DNA of 64,000 nt from a virus. The stretch is from the IMG/VR virus record IMGVR_UViG_3300028549_002288; one strand, given 5' to 3'. Position 1 is the first letter of the stretch; each line of letters starts with the position of its first letter. Positions 27,867-37,074 of this stretch are shown piece by piece. Under the pieces are notes generated by a model that was not told where the DNA came from, did no database searches, and was given only the letters and a program-made list of their open reading frames with translations. The position numbers were made by a program, and so were the translations under genes.

Positions 27867-29420
27867 TTAAATATAATATCTTTTCGTTTCCGCCTTTGGG
27901 AACGAGACAATAAATTCATGTAAATCATTACGAAGATTTGCAAATTCCTCTTTAGGCACTTTTCTATTTTCGTAAAAGTGTCTAAAAGTATTCCCGTCTA
28001 CTACAGTAAGGATATCTTTTATTCCATCATAACCGACAGGATTCCCTAAAGAGTCTTTTATGTACCGCGACTTCGCTTCTTCCATCAACTCCTTAGGTAT
28101 CGATATGTTCACTATCGAACTTGTTGAATGAGCCTCAAACTCAAAACTACTCCAATTCTTAGGTAATATTACTGAAGATAATAGCGTACCCAAGCTACCC
28201 CATCCCATTTCCATACATAGCAAAATAGCACACGCGTGCAAAACAAGAATAGGACTGTTTTGTTGCACTTCGCCTGGTAACTTTTCGTAATAGTCCATAG
28301 TCAGGTGCGAGACCTGTATATCCGTAAACATCGAGCTGATTAACGGATACATAAATTTGGCGACTTCGTAGTCACCCGGGTATGATCTAAGCTTTACCAT
28401 TAGATCATTAACTATACCGAGCGAATGCTCATCATCTTTAAGACCTGGTTTGTCTCTGAGAATAAACCTTGGATTCGACGCGTACCATGACGCCTCTATA
28501 ATGTTAGCGAACTGTCCCGCAACTGCGGAATTCGATTCCTTATAGTCGTCGTCGGGATCGACCCCGATACCTTTTGTATCTGTGAACTGAGAACCCGCCT
28601 GTTGACGGTCGGTGACTTTTGTGAAGATGTAAGAAATCAACGTTTTTTCCGGTTCGTCGTCCTGAAGAAACTTCATTATGATTTGAAATGTTTCTGCTTG
28701 GACATGTGTCACAATTTCGTCAAACGTTTGTTGTCTCTTCAGGCCAAGTTCTCTAATCTTGTTGGTCTTAGTATGCCCTTGTTGCATACGTTCTTCTATG
28801 AACTCATGCAGTCTCCTATTGGCATCTAACTCGTCTAAAAACTGACGAGCCATAGAGTAAATCTTGTATGGCTTCTCCAAAGTATCATTGATACTTTTAT
28901 CGATGAAGTAACCTGCAAGATATACCCCAAGTAGAAATCTAGCAAAATACCCCATAGCGACTAATTCTTTATACTCTTTTTCAGAGTACGAAGTTTTCCT
29001 TTCGGATCTAGACACTATCTTTGCCATATCCGAATCGCTCTTTATAAGCGACGGAAGTGGTATTTTATCCTTTACAAAATCGTAGAACCTATGATAATTC
29101 AACGTCGATAACATTGAATATATCTTGTCTCTAAGTCCATCGCCGGTTAATGATCTGGACAGGCCTTTCATTTCGGCGTCTATAGATTTCAACGTAGAAA
29201 ATATCGAAATCTTCTCGGCGTTTGGTATTGTCTCGATATACATATTGAGATGTTTTAATTGACCCACAGGGTTTTTTCGTATATCCTCAATATGAGTACT
29301 ACCATACGGCTTGATGACAAACCAAATCTCTTGGACATCAATTCCGTCCGAAAGCACATATAATTGCCTCAGGTTAGTAGGCGTCGATATGTACTTAACC
29401 CTAAAATCTATATATTTCAT
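27867..29420 (-). CDS. Non-virion RNAP promoter-specificity subunit (phiKZ gp68-like)
   Basis: 517 aa; SY.EKEY.ELVA...AR.LL..Y and E...RL.EFIE patterns; early-type motif upstream at 29454-29464. Confidence 0.6.
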   Translation of the reverse strand: MKYIDFRVKYISTPTNLRQLYVLSDGIDVQEIWFVIKPYGSTHIEDIRKNPVGQLKHLNMYIETIPNAEKISIFSTLKSIDAEMKGLSRSLTGDGLRDKIYSMLSTLNYHRFYDFVKDKIPLPSLIKSDSDMAKIVSRSERKTSYSEKEYKELVAMGYFARFLLGVYLAGYFIDKSINDTLEKPYKIYSMARQFLDELDANRRLHEFIEERMQQGHTKTNKIRELGLKRQQTFDEIVTHVQAETFQIIMKFLQDDEPEKTLISYIFTKVTDRQQAGSQFTDTKGIGVDPDDDYKESNSAVAGQFANIIEASWYASNPRFILRDKPGLKDDEHSLGIVNDLMVKLRSYPGDYEVAKFMYPLISSMFTDIQVSHLTMDYYEKLPGEVQQNSPILVLHACAILLCMEMGWGSLGTLLSSVILPKNWSSFEFEAHSTSSIVNISIPKELMEEAKSRYIKDSLGNPVGYDGIKDILTVVDGNTFRHFYENRKVPKEEFANLRNDLHEFIVSFPKAETKRYYI

Positions 29421-29462
29421 TATTCTCCTTTATCTTATATTGCCATATCTATAATATGTGTA

Positions 29463-30746
29463 TCAATATGGTTTAGAGTAATACCTCACTACTTTTGGAT
29501 CGGTATATATTATTCTACCAAAACAAGATTTAGGATCTTCGTTTCCTATTTCCAGTTTAAGACTTTTAGGGTCTTTGGCCCTACTTATAGCAACATAGAA
29601 TTGGCTCGGTAGAAATATACCTACAACGTCACATACCAGGTTATCTATAGACATGCCTTGCGATTTATGTATCGTTATCGCATACCCCAACTTAATTGGA
29701 AATTGAGACATAACGTACTCTACGTTCTTAGAGTACTCTCCGTTAAGTATACGCGATTTCTCGAGAGAGAAATTATTACGCTCTAGGGCGATTGTCTTAT
29801 TGCCCTTTCGTATGTAGATGACATCGTCGTCTATTTTCTCTACGATACCTCTATCGCCGTTAACGTACTCGTTCCATTTATTAACAGTAAATAGAACCGG
29901 AGCCCCTACCTTTATGACCAACACTTCCGGTGTAGTAAGGTTCTGTTTCCAGCTCGAAATCTCATTAGGATTTAGCTTCTTGTTTAACAATCTGCATTCT
30001 GCTACGATTCTATATTCTACGCCTTCGAGTTTACTAAGCTTCTCATCATTCATTTTATCAGCTTCGCTATTTGTCGCGAATAGGAAAGTCGCATCTTTAT
30101 GAACATTCTGATTTTCTGTAAGTTTAGTCAAAAAAGTCAAAACTTCCTCGTTGGCGTCGCCGGTTCTAATGAAATTTAAAATTCTAGCAAAAACCATATC
30201 TTTGGTTCTTTGCATTTTGGTTAGCGTAACAACCACTAAGCGCCAACTTTTCCAAATGCTACTCTCGAAAGCAAAGACATCTTTATTAGACATATAATTA
30301 CTCCTGTCTTTCAGAACAGGAGGTAGTTGATAAAAATCGCCGACTAATAATAATACACCTTTATACCTAGCCTGTTTTAGCCGGTAGTCTATCATTTCTA
30401 TTGTGGACGAACTTATCATAGAGATTTCATCTATGATAATCAACGATGTTGTTTTGCAAATCGCCTTGAACTTCTTTGTAGAAGTTCCGTATCTATACGC
30501 ATTAGACCTAAGCTCCTGTATGGACTTAGATACTCCTAGGGCGAAGAAACTATGTACAGTCTGTCCGCCTATATTAATAGCCGATACGCCAGTACTGCCT
30601 AGCGCAACAACTCCCTTTCCACTATCTCTGAAGTGTCGTATAATCTTTCTAGTTTGGTAACTTTTTCCGACACCGCCTCCGCCTGTTAGGAACACATTGT
30701 TTCCAGTTTCTAGTAAATGTATAAGCCCGTCCGTATCGAGTTCCAT
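29463..30746 (-). CDS. Pif1/RecD-like SF1B 5'-3' DNA helicase
   Basis: GGGGVGKS, IIDEISM, GDFYQLPPV, QRTKD, QFPIKLGYAITIHKSQG, YVAISRA. Confidence 0.9.
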   Translation of the reverse strand: MELDTDGLIHLLETGNNVFLTGGGGVGKSYQTRKIIRHFRDSGKGVVALGSTGVSAINIGGQTVHSFFALGVSKSIQELRSNAYRYGTSTKKFKAICKTTSLIIIDEISMISSSTIEMIDYRLKQARYKGVLLLVGDFYQLPPVLKDRSNYMSNKDVFAFESSIWKSWRLVVVTLTKMQRTKDMVFARILNFIRTGDANEEVLTFLTKLTENQNVHKDATFLFATNSEADKMNDEKLSKLEGVEYRIVAECRLLNKKLNPNEISSWKQNLTTPEVLVIKVGAPVLFTVNKWNEYVNGDRGIVEKIDDDVIYIRKGNKTIALERNNFSLEKSRILNGEYSKNVEYVMSQFPIKLGYAITIHKSQGMSIDNLVCDVVGIFLPSQFYVAISRAKDPKSLKLEIGNEDPKSCFGRIIYTDPKVVRYYSKPY

Positions 30747-30814
30747 TTTAATCCTTTTTACATATCAAGTAATAAACGGACAAAAAATAAATAGAAAGGT
30801 AACAGCTGTTGCTG

Positions 30815-31657
30815 TTACCAATCGCTCCATTTCTTCGTATGAGTTTTTAGCATGTCTGTTTTACTAAAAACTTCAGTTTTTTTTGCAGCTCTTTTGAACG
30901 ATACCGAATTGAGCTCATTCTTCTCGTTCATGTATTTCAAGACCGCATGAAGTTTAGTTCTAAAGACAATCCCAAACGGATGAGTCTTATACTCATCTAG
31001 TTTCGAAACCATTTTCCCATCCCCGTATATAATCAACATTACTTCCGTGAACGGAACAAATGACATGTCGTTTGTTCCAAATTTTTCAAACAACCTATAG
31101 AAGTCAGGCTTCTGAAGAATCTGGCCTGTAGTTGATCTTAATAAATCTACATTTTCCGTTTGTAAAAGATCAAACGGGAAGTGCGACATAATCAAAATCT
31201 TACCCTTTGGCAAATTAGTCGTTACCAAAGCCGGGAACTCAATTACGTTCTGCGCCTCTATCGAATTTGAAAACTCAATCATATTCCAAAACTCGCTAGT
31301 GAATCTCATACTGGTTTGTTTAAGAATATAATAGTTCGGTCTATAAAAGACAACCTCTTTTTTATTAGCTTCAAATAGAAGTCTTAGCGTTTCGAGCTCG
31401 CTGAAAATAGCATTTTTAAATTCTATGGTGTAGAACTTCGTTACTTTCAGGTATTTTGATAACGTTTTGTCTTCAAGAACGCTAAAAATATTTCTGACTA
31501 ACGTATAGAAGTTTATGTAAACGTAATCGTAATCTTCTATGTTAGCCATTTTCACCTCTCTGTTATTATCGTACCTATCATGAGTAGGCGCAAATAATGA
31601 TTCTAACGCCAAGCCCGTTGGTAACGATAAATCGAATGACGATTTCAAATATTGCAT
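30815..31657 (-). CDS. Conserved phiKZ-like protein, putative 5'-3' exonuclease/RNase H (FEN-like)
   Basis: SLPTGLALESLF, INFYTLVRNI, SHFPFDLL, VPFTE...YGD motifs as recalled; the activity is inferred. Confidence 0.5.
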   Translation of the reverse strand: MQYLKSSFDLSLPTGLALESLFAPTHDRYDNNREVKMANIEDYDYVYINFYTLVRNIFSVLEDKTLSKYLKVTKFYTIEFKNAIFSELETLRLLFEANKKEVVFYRPNYYILKQTSMRFTSEFWNMIEFSNSIEAQNVIEFPALVTTNLPKGKILIMSHFPFDLLQTENVDLLRSTTGQILQKPDFYRLFEKFGTNDMSFVPFTEVMLIIYGDGKMVSKLDEYKTHPFGIVFRTKLHAVLKYMNEKNELNSVSFKRAAKKTEVFSKTDMLKTHTKKWSDW

Positions 31658-32484
31658 TTAGCTCCTTCTATTTTAGGAGCCACTACTTTGGCGAAATTCA
31701 TGTAGTGGAATCTTCTGCTATTAACATATAACAAATAATATGCGATAGCCCTCCTGCTAAAACCTGTAATCCTTTCGAGTTCGTCGTGTGTTAACGAGAA
31801 AAGAGCGTAGATAAACTCTTCTCTCGTGGACGATGTATTGCTCGAGGCTACATATTCGACTATAAGCCTTGCGTCCACGCTTCTCATATTAGGTATAAGC
31901 ATTGACTTAAAGAATGTGATTATATCACAGCCTTTTGTTTTTTCTATCTCTGCGAATAACGAATCCGCAGTTTTTTCTCCAAACCTTTTCTGGACTATAA
32001 GAACATCCCTTTTTTCGTGTAGACTATAAAAATCTATAGGGTCTCTTACGAGCTTTAGGTCATATAGGGCTTTGACCTTTTCCGTTGATATTCCCTTTAT
32101 GTTCATGAATAGAGGAGATACAAAATCCTCCAAGACAGATATTCTCCTACCGCGACACTTTGGGTTAAAACAGACCGGCGATATGCCACCAACAACATGG
32201 TCACATTCCGGACACACTACAGGTGAAAAAATTTCTTTCTCCGCGCCGGTTCTTTTTTCAACTAGAACCTTAACTATCTTTAGGGCTTTTTGCTTCTTGA
32301 GTCCTAAGACAACAACGTCGCCAATTCGTAAATCTCTCCTATTGACAGTTGTGTAGCTGTCGAAAACAATATCTATGCTTTTTTTAAATACTGGCTCTAC
32401 TACTATAATAGGGATCAAATCACCATTTCTGTTGATTTTATTCTTTACTTTTACTATCTTGGCGATTTCTTCTTTTTCGCGCAT
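31645..32484 (-). CDS. C-terminal half of an NAD-dependent DNA ligase (OB, Zn finger, HhH), no adenylation or BRCT domain
   Basis: P....EPV, DLRIGD.V, CPEC..C.NPKC, NIKGISTEK, D.Y.L, FGEKTADSL..EIEKTK align by eye to LigA; own AAGGAG SD. Confidence 0.8.
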   Translation of the reverse strand: MREKEEIAKIVKVKNKINRNGDLIPIIVVEPVFKKSIDIVFDSYTTVNRRDLRIGDVVVLGLKKQKALKIVKVLVEKRTGAEKEIFSPVVCPECDHVVGGISPVCFNPKCRGRRISVLEDFVSPLFMNIKGISTEKVKALYDLKLVRDPIDFYSLHEKRDVLIVQKRFGEKTADSLFAEIEKTKGCDIITFFKSMLIPNMRSVDARLIVEYVASSNTSSTREEFIYALFSLTHDELERITGFSRRAIAYYLLYVNSRRFHYMNFAKVVAPKIEGAKCNI

Positions 32485-32559
32485 TATACTCTCCTTATCT
32501 TTATTTTCATCACTATTATATATTCATAAATAAATTAAAAAAAATGTATTACAGTAAAT

Positions 32560-32596
32560 AGAACTACCGATCCCTATTTAAAGGATCGGTAGTTCT
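32560..32596 (-). terminator. 14-bp stem hairpin
   Basis: agaactaccgatcc/ggatcggtagttct around the stop of 32574..33455. Confidence 0.7.
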
Positions 32597-33455
32597 TATA
32601 TATATGAAAGTTAAACCTAGCATCTCCTATAGGAGATATTTCGCTATGCGGTATCTTCGCTCTTTTGTGGAGAACGAAATTTTTTGTCGCAATAGTATTC
32701 TCGTCGATTATCGCGAAATCGTTGATAATTTCACCATCTATAACCAACTTCCCGATGAATGTACCAAGAGGTATATGTATATCGGTACTAGCGCTGTTAA
32801 AAATCAGCGTGCCAATTTTTGACGACGCAAGGTCGTTTGTCAGATGTATTTTGGTAGACATTGACTGTGACGATCTAACAGATAGTGACTCTATTTCCGA
32901 TTCGGAAATATATATGCCGGTGTCTGGAGACAGCACAATATCTCCAAGAACTGATTTTTTTATTTCCGTAACAGTTCCTCTAAGCGCGAACACGTCGCGG
33001 CGCGTGTTATTTATTACGATACATCGCAGACCCCCTTTACATACGATAAGGGGTCTTTTGTCTTTCCTAACTATACGGTTATCCGATATTACGTCGGCAT
33101 TTATAGGCCGATGTTCTTCGGCGAGTATTTTTAATAACCCGACGCCATATCTTTCATCGACCGTCTTGTTCGAAACGGCTAGCGAAATGAAAACGGATAC
33201 GAGGTCTCTAAGATTATATTCTCGAACATCATCCGTGAGATGCACCATCCCGCCGATATCTGTACCAAATCTCGGAATTGTGAAAATAATATTGTTTTCA
33301 ATATTAATATTTACAATTCCGTCACTATTATTTTCTGCGACAACGATTTCTTTACTATATAAAGAATCGAAAAGATTCGGATTATTTACGAATTCCAGAT
33401 TACGTTCGCCTAACCACGAATGTAACTCATGTATCTTTCTACTAATTGTTTTCAT
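32574..33455 (-). CDS. Hypothetical protein (293 aa)
   Basis: AAGGGG SD; same strand as the operon. Confidence 0.75.
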   Translation of the reverse strand: MKTISRKIHELHSWLGERNLEFVNNPNLFDSLYSKEIVVAENNSDGIVNINIENNIIFTIPRFGTDIGGMVHLTDDVREYNLRDLVSVFISLAVSNKTVDERYGVGLLKILAEEHRPINADVISDNRIVRKDKRPLIVCKGGLRCIVINNTRRDVFALRGTVTEIKKSVLGDIVLSPDTGIYISESEIESLSVRSSQSMSTKIHLTNDLASSKIGTLIFNSASTDIHIPLGTFIGKLVIDGEIINDFAIIDENTIATKNFVLHKRAKIPHSEISPIGDARFNFHIYKNYRSFK

Positions 33456-33464
33456 ATGTCCCCT

Positions 33465-33638
33465 TTATAATATGAAGTTTATTTCAAAGCGCACCATCGA
33501 GTTACGGCGCAACATTGAGATATGTAAAAGTTCGCCGTAACCCGCAAACCCAAGCAGTATCTCATAACGGATATATCCATGCTTTACTAATAACAAGCGC
33601 AACATTTGTCTTATTTCGGCATGAATGCGTTCTAGCAT
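33465..33638 (-). CDS. Small ORF, 57 aa (MLERIHAEIRQMLRLLLVKHG...)
   Basis: Manual translation; fills the gap and overlaps the upstream stop. Confidence 0.5.
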   Translation of the reverse strand: MLERIHAEIRQMLRLLLVKHGYIRYEILLGFAGYGELLHISMLRRNSMVRFEINFIL

Positions 33639-34327
33639 ATATCATCCTTTAGAATATATCGTCCGAAGTTTTCGCTGATTTCGACGAAAGGTAACTCATC
33701 GCTTTTTCCTACACTTTGTGACCAGAATATGGTCATAGTTGTATTAAGCGGGAGCAAATCGGACCGGTTAACCCCGAATGTCTTTTTAATAACAGACGCC
33801 AACAGTCCTTTTGGCGCGAAATCCACCTTTATGGTCAGGAACGGTTCCCCGGCCTTATACCCCGCAACTATGCTCTTTTCCAACAACCGCCGAAACGAAG
33901 CTATTTCACTAACAGCAATTGTGCCTGTAGATATCTTCTCTACCCACCAGTTACATGCTTGGTCGATAATAGACTTAGCCTTGTCCAAGTAGTAGCCAAC
34001 AATGTTATCGAAAATAATAACATCCGAAGTCACGTTAAGCGTGACTTTCGTCTGGCTACATGAAACTGTTACGTGAATGGTTTTTTCCAAATGCGTAAGA
34101 CGACTTTGAATCCCGCCGGACTCTCTTAATTCGCGTAGCAATTTGTTTTTCACTTCATGGTAGAAGTGAATGTTTTCCAGAGACCTATCTAAAATTTCCC
34201 ATAGATCATCTTCCAGTAGCGAATCGATAACGGAAGTTGTCATGGCTTCGTCCAGTGTTGGTTTTAAAATAAGCACAGGAATCAACGAAACGATATCCTC
34301 CAATGAAATTGGTTTTGTATATTCCAT
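33632..34327 (-). CDS. Hypothetical protein (231 aa)
   Basis: Coupled to the upstream gene (TAATG); AAGGA SD. Confidence 0.75.
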   Translation of the reverse strand: MEYTKPISLEDIVSLIPVLILKPTLDEAMTTSVIDSLLEDDLWEILDRSLENIHFYHEVKNKLLRELRESGGIQSRLTHLEKTIHVTVSCSQTKVTLNVTSDVIIFDNIVGYYLDKAKSIIDQACNWWVEKISTGTIAVSEIASFRRLLEKSIVAGYKAGEPFLTIKVDFAPKGLLASVIKKTFGVNRSDLLPLNTTMTIFWSQSVGKSDELPFVEISENFGRYILKDDIC

Positions 34328-35298
34328 TAATTATCCTTTACCATGAAAGCCGGGAGTAGTTTGTGGTAGTTATAGTTCTTCTTGTACAAATCTAGAACGA
34401 AAACGCTAGATTTGCAAGAAAGACCTTTTTTATGGTTTCTCGCTATCGATTTGAATATATCGTGCGGATACCATTGTCCTTCGTAATAGATGCCCAAACT
34501 AGTCAACATCGCATCATTTGAAAATCTATACTTTCTTCTCGGGAAAGACATTTTTCTGTACAGATTTCCAAGCGTCAGCGATTTCACTAGAACTTCCTTT
34601 CCCAGTCTCACGACTCCGCCTACTTCAATTTCGAGTTTGGATATTTCTCCTTTCTCGATTTCAATCGTATTAGTCGTACCGACTAATACTCTTTTTACAG
34701 AGCATTCTAACAGTATTAGCTCTGTACCGTCGGCCATCCTGAGATCTTCAGCTTCAAGATTATAAAAACTACAATCCAAGTTTTCTGAAAGATATACCGC
34801 TTTACCGGTAATATAACCTCCGAGTATGTTACTATATACTCGAACGGCCTTGACATCTTTGTTAGATACTATCTTAGAAAAACTTCCGTTTTGACATACC
34901 ATATTTTCAAAATTATGGTATCCGACCCTATCGTTCAGAAAAAGCAGACCGAGAAGGTCTGCGATTTCGACGTCTTCTGCTATCTTTACGTTTTCGACCG
35001 AGTCGGTATATGACGCCGTCACGATAGGATGAGTGCTTATCGTACTATATTCAACTGACCCTCCGTTGTCGTTAGTGACAGTAATTAACATACCAGTATC
35101 GGATACGCGCGTGACCGCTGCTTTCGCATTCGGTAGTGTCAAGCTACCAATATCCTTCTTGAGATCGTCTTCGGACCCAAGGTTTTTCATATTCATCATA
35201 GCGAAGTTTAGAGCCTCGCTATGATTTTCCATATTTTTAAGAGCATACGTCTTTAGACCTGCTCTCGCTTCCGCCCATGAAAAATAATCTCTTACCAT
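34327..35298 (-). CDS. Hypothetical protein (323 aa), beta-rich repeat-like C-terminal part
   Basis: AAGGAG SD; promoter-like motif at 35335-35345. Confidence 0.75.
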   Translation of the reverse strand: MVRDYFSWAEARAGLKTYALKNMENHSEALNFAMMNMKNLGSEDDLKKDIGSLTLPNAKAAVTRVSDTGMLITVTNDNGGSVEYSTISTHPIVTASYTDSVENVKIAEDVEIADLLGLLFLNDRVGYHNFENMVCQNGSFSKIVSNKDVKAVRVYSNILGGYITGKAVYLSENLDCSFYNLEAEDLRMADGTELILLECSVKRVLVGTTNTIEIEKGEISKLEIEVGGVVRLGKEVLVKSLTLGNLYRKMSFPRRKYRFSNDAMLTSLGIYYEGQWYPHDIFKSIARNHKKGLSCKSSVFVLDLYKKNYNYHKLLPAFMVKDN

Positions 35299-35348
35299 TT
35301 TTTCTCCTTTTTTATTTTTGATTTCGTTAATATTATATGCACACAGTA

Positions 35349-36446
35349 TTACTTTAATTCACACAATACTTCTAGTATTGCATTATTTATTTCGTCGGCG
35401 TACTCGTCGCCTAATCTTTCTAACGACATTTTTTTTATATTTTCCTCGAAAGTTCCTTTGTTTAATTTAGAAAGATCGAATTTTCTAAAAATAGATTTTT
35501 CGATTTCTTCTTTTTCTTTTTTGTTTCGCTTCTCAAACTTAAATCTATACGGCAGAGAAGTTAACGCTTCTCTCAATTTCAACTCTTCGTTATTATCGTT
35601 TACAAAAAAACGAAAACTAGAATTATCTGGCTTTCCTTTGACAATCTCAATGATTTTGTCTATTGGTATATAGGACATTATATCCATAAAAATATCGGCG
35701 TTTATGTTTTCCATAAACTTATAGACTTTCGTATCTCCATTAACAATGGCTATAGTAGACCCTTTCGGTTCCTCTTCGCCGTGCTTGTATCTACCAAAAC
35801 TTCCTGTTGGTATAATTCTTCCTTTGGGATAGAAAGTATGGTGATGTCCTATAAATATAAAATCCCTAACAATATCTTGGTAACTTTTTGAATCATGACG
35901 TATATCATGGTTGTCGTGGTCGGCCCTCATTTGATAATCGAAAACGCCATGCATTACAGCCATAGTCACTTCTTTAAGCCCGTATCTTTCTAATGTTTCC
36001 TGAACCTTAGCCCAAATTTCAAGAGCCGTACCCATATTATCGGGAACAAAAAGTACTGAAATATTTGTTCTTTTGTCTATAAATATATCAATCTCCTTGT
36101 AATATTTGATTGTCTTATTCTCTGGTTTTATTCGCATAAGAGCACCCACCTGTTCGTAGTCGTGACTCTCTGTACCCTCGACCCATAAGATCAACACGTT
36201 ATTATTAGTAGCCCATTTTTCAAGAAAGTTAAACAGCCTGCCTGCTTCTAGAAATCCTACGGAAGCCAAATCGACAAGTTTATCAAAAAAATCGCCAGCA
36301 ATAACCAAATAATTGACAGTTGAGAACTCCCTGTTATTATTGATGAAATGATAGATTATATCGTCTACCAGTTTTACACTATTCGACTTTCCTATATGAA
36401 GGTCTGATAGTGCTAAGACTTTATAGTGTTTATTACTAAATATCAT
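35349..36446 (-). CDS. sbcD: SbcD/Mre11-like metallophosphoesterase nuclease
   Basis: SDLHIG, AGDFFD, GTESHD, MHG, GHHH motifs. Confidence 0.85.
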   Translation of the reverse strand: MIFSNKHYKVLALSDLHIGKSNSVKLVDDIIYHFINNNREFSTVNYLVIAGDFFDKLVDLASVGFLEAGRLFNFLEKWATNNNVLILWVEGTESHDYEQVGALMRIKPENKTIKYYKEIDIFIDKRTNISVLFVPDNMGTALEIWAKVQETLERYGLKEVTMAVMHGVFDYQMRADHDNHDIRHDSKSYQDIVRDFIFIGHHHTFYPKGRIIPTGSFGRYKHGEEEPKGSTIAIVNGDTKVYKFMENINADIFMDIMSYIPIDKIIEIVKGKPDNSSFRFFVNDNNEELKLREALTSLPYRFKFEKRNKKEKEEIEKSIFRKFDLSKLNKGTFEENIKKMSLERLGDEYADEINNAILEVLCELK

Positions 36447-36509
36447 AACGCTTCCTTATTTTATTTCACTTAAAGTGGTTAATATTTTTTTAGTAAAAAA
36501 ATGAAAAAA

Positions 36510-36542
36510 AACTAACTACCGACGTAACGTCGGTAGTTAGTT
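36510..36542 (-). terminator. 16-bp near-perfect palindrome over the stop of the macrodomain gene
   Basis: aactaactaccgacgt-a-acgtcggtagttagtt followed by T-runs on minus. Confidence 0.75.
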
Positions 36543-36986
36543 TGTGAAAACCCAAACATCAATGTTTTGTGGCAAATCGTTAATAAGATTTGCCACATCC
36601 GATACTCTCAGACCACCGATTCCTATACCAGGAATCGGTAGTGCGATTTTCACATTAGGATTTGCGTTAGCAAATTCAGATAACTTGTCTAAGCTATCCG
36701 AGACTAACGAGATCGGGGAGTTTTTACGATAGTCAATTTTCGTTTGTAAAGCGAAAAATTTGCTTTCGTCATCAAAAATCAAATGGTAAATAGACATGTT
36801 TTCTATTCTTGCACCCATTCGCTTAGCTATTCCCGGACACGCCATCCTGACAGAATAGGCATTTCCTTTACCCATCACGAGCCCGCCACTGGCGTTGATT
36901 GTCGAATTGCCAGTGAAACCTATCCAATCATATTCCGGACGATCTTTCTTATAAAGATCTCCGTAATGAAGATTTCTTTTTATCAT
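36537..36986 (-). CDS. Macrodomain (ADP-ribose processing, TARG1/DarG-like) protein, 149 aa
   Basis: Start MIKRNLHYGDL at 36986 after GGAGG; GN..IN..G.LVMGKGNA and IALPIPGIGIGGL motifs. Confidence 0.75.
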   Translation of the reverse strand: MIKRNLHYGDLYKKDRPEYDWIGFTGNSTINASGGLVMGKGNAYSVRMACPGIAKRMGARIENMSIYHLIFDDESKFFALQTKIDYRKNSPISLVSDSLDKLSEFANANPNVKIALPIPGIGIGGLRVSDVANLINDLPQNIDVWVFTN

Positions 36987-37074
36987 TTCGCCTCCTTTTT
37001 TAATTTCATCATAATTATATATTAACGAAAATATTATTAATGTCTGATAATATGAAATTAAAAAAAGGACGACT

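Noticed and set aside
32665-33540. 291-aa plus-strand ORF
   Set aside because: Antisense shadow of 32574..33455, which has an SD, the operon strand and a terminator.
33501-33546. 13-nt match (gccgtaacccgca) to the 10004 hairpin, with a 9-bp inverted repeat
   Set aside because: Short, inside a probable small CDS, and plausibly chance.
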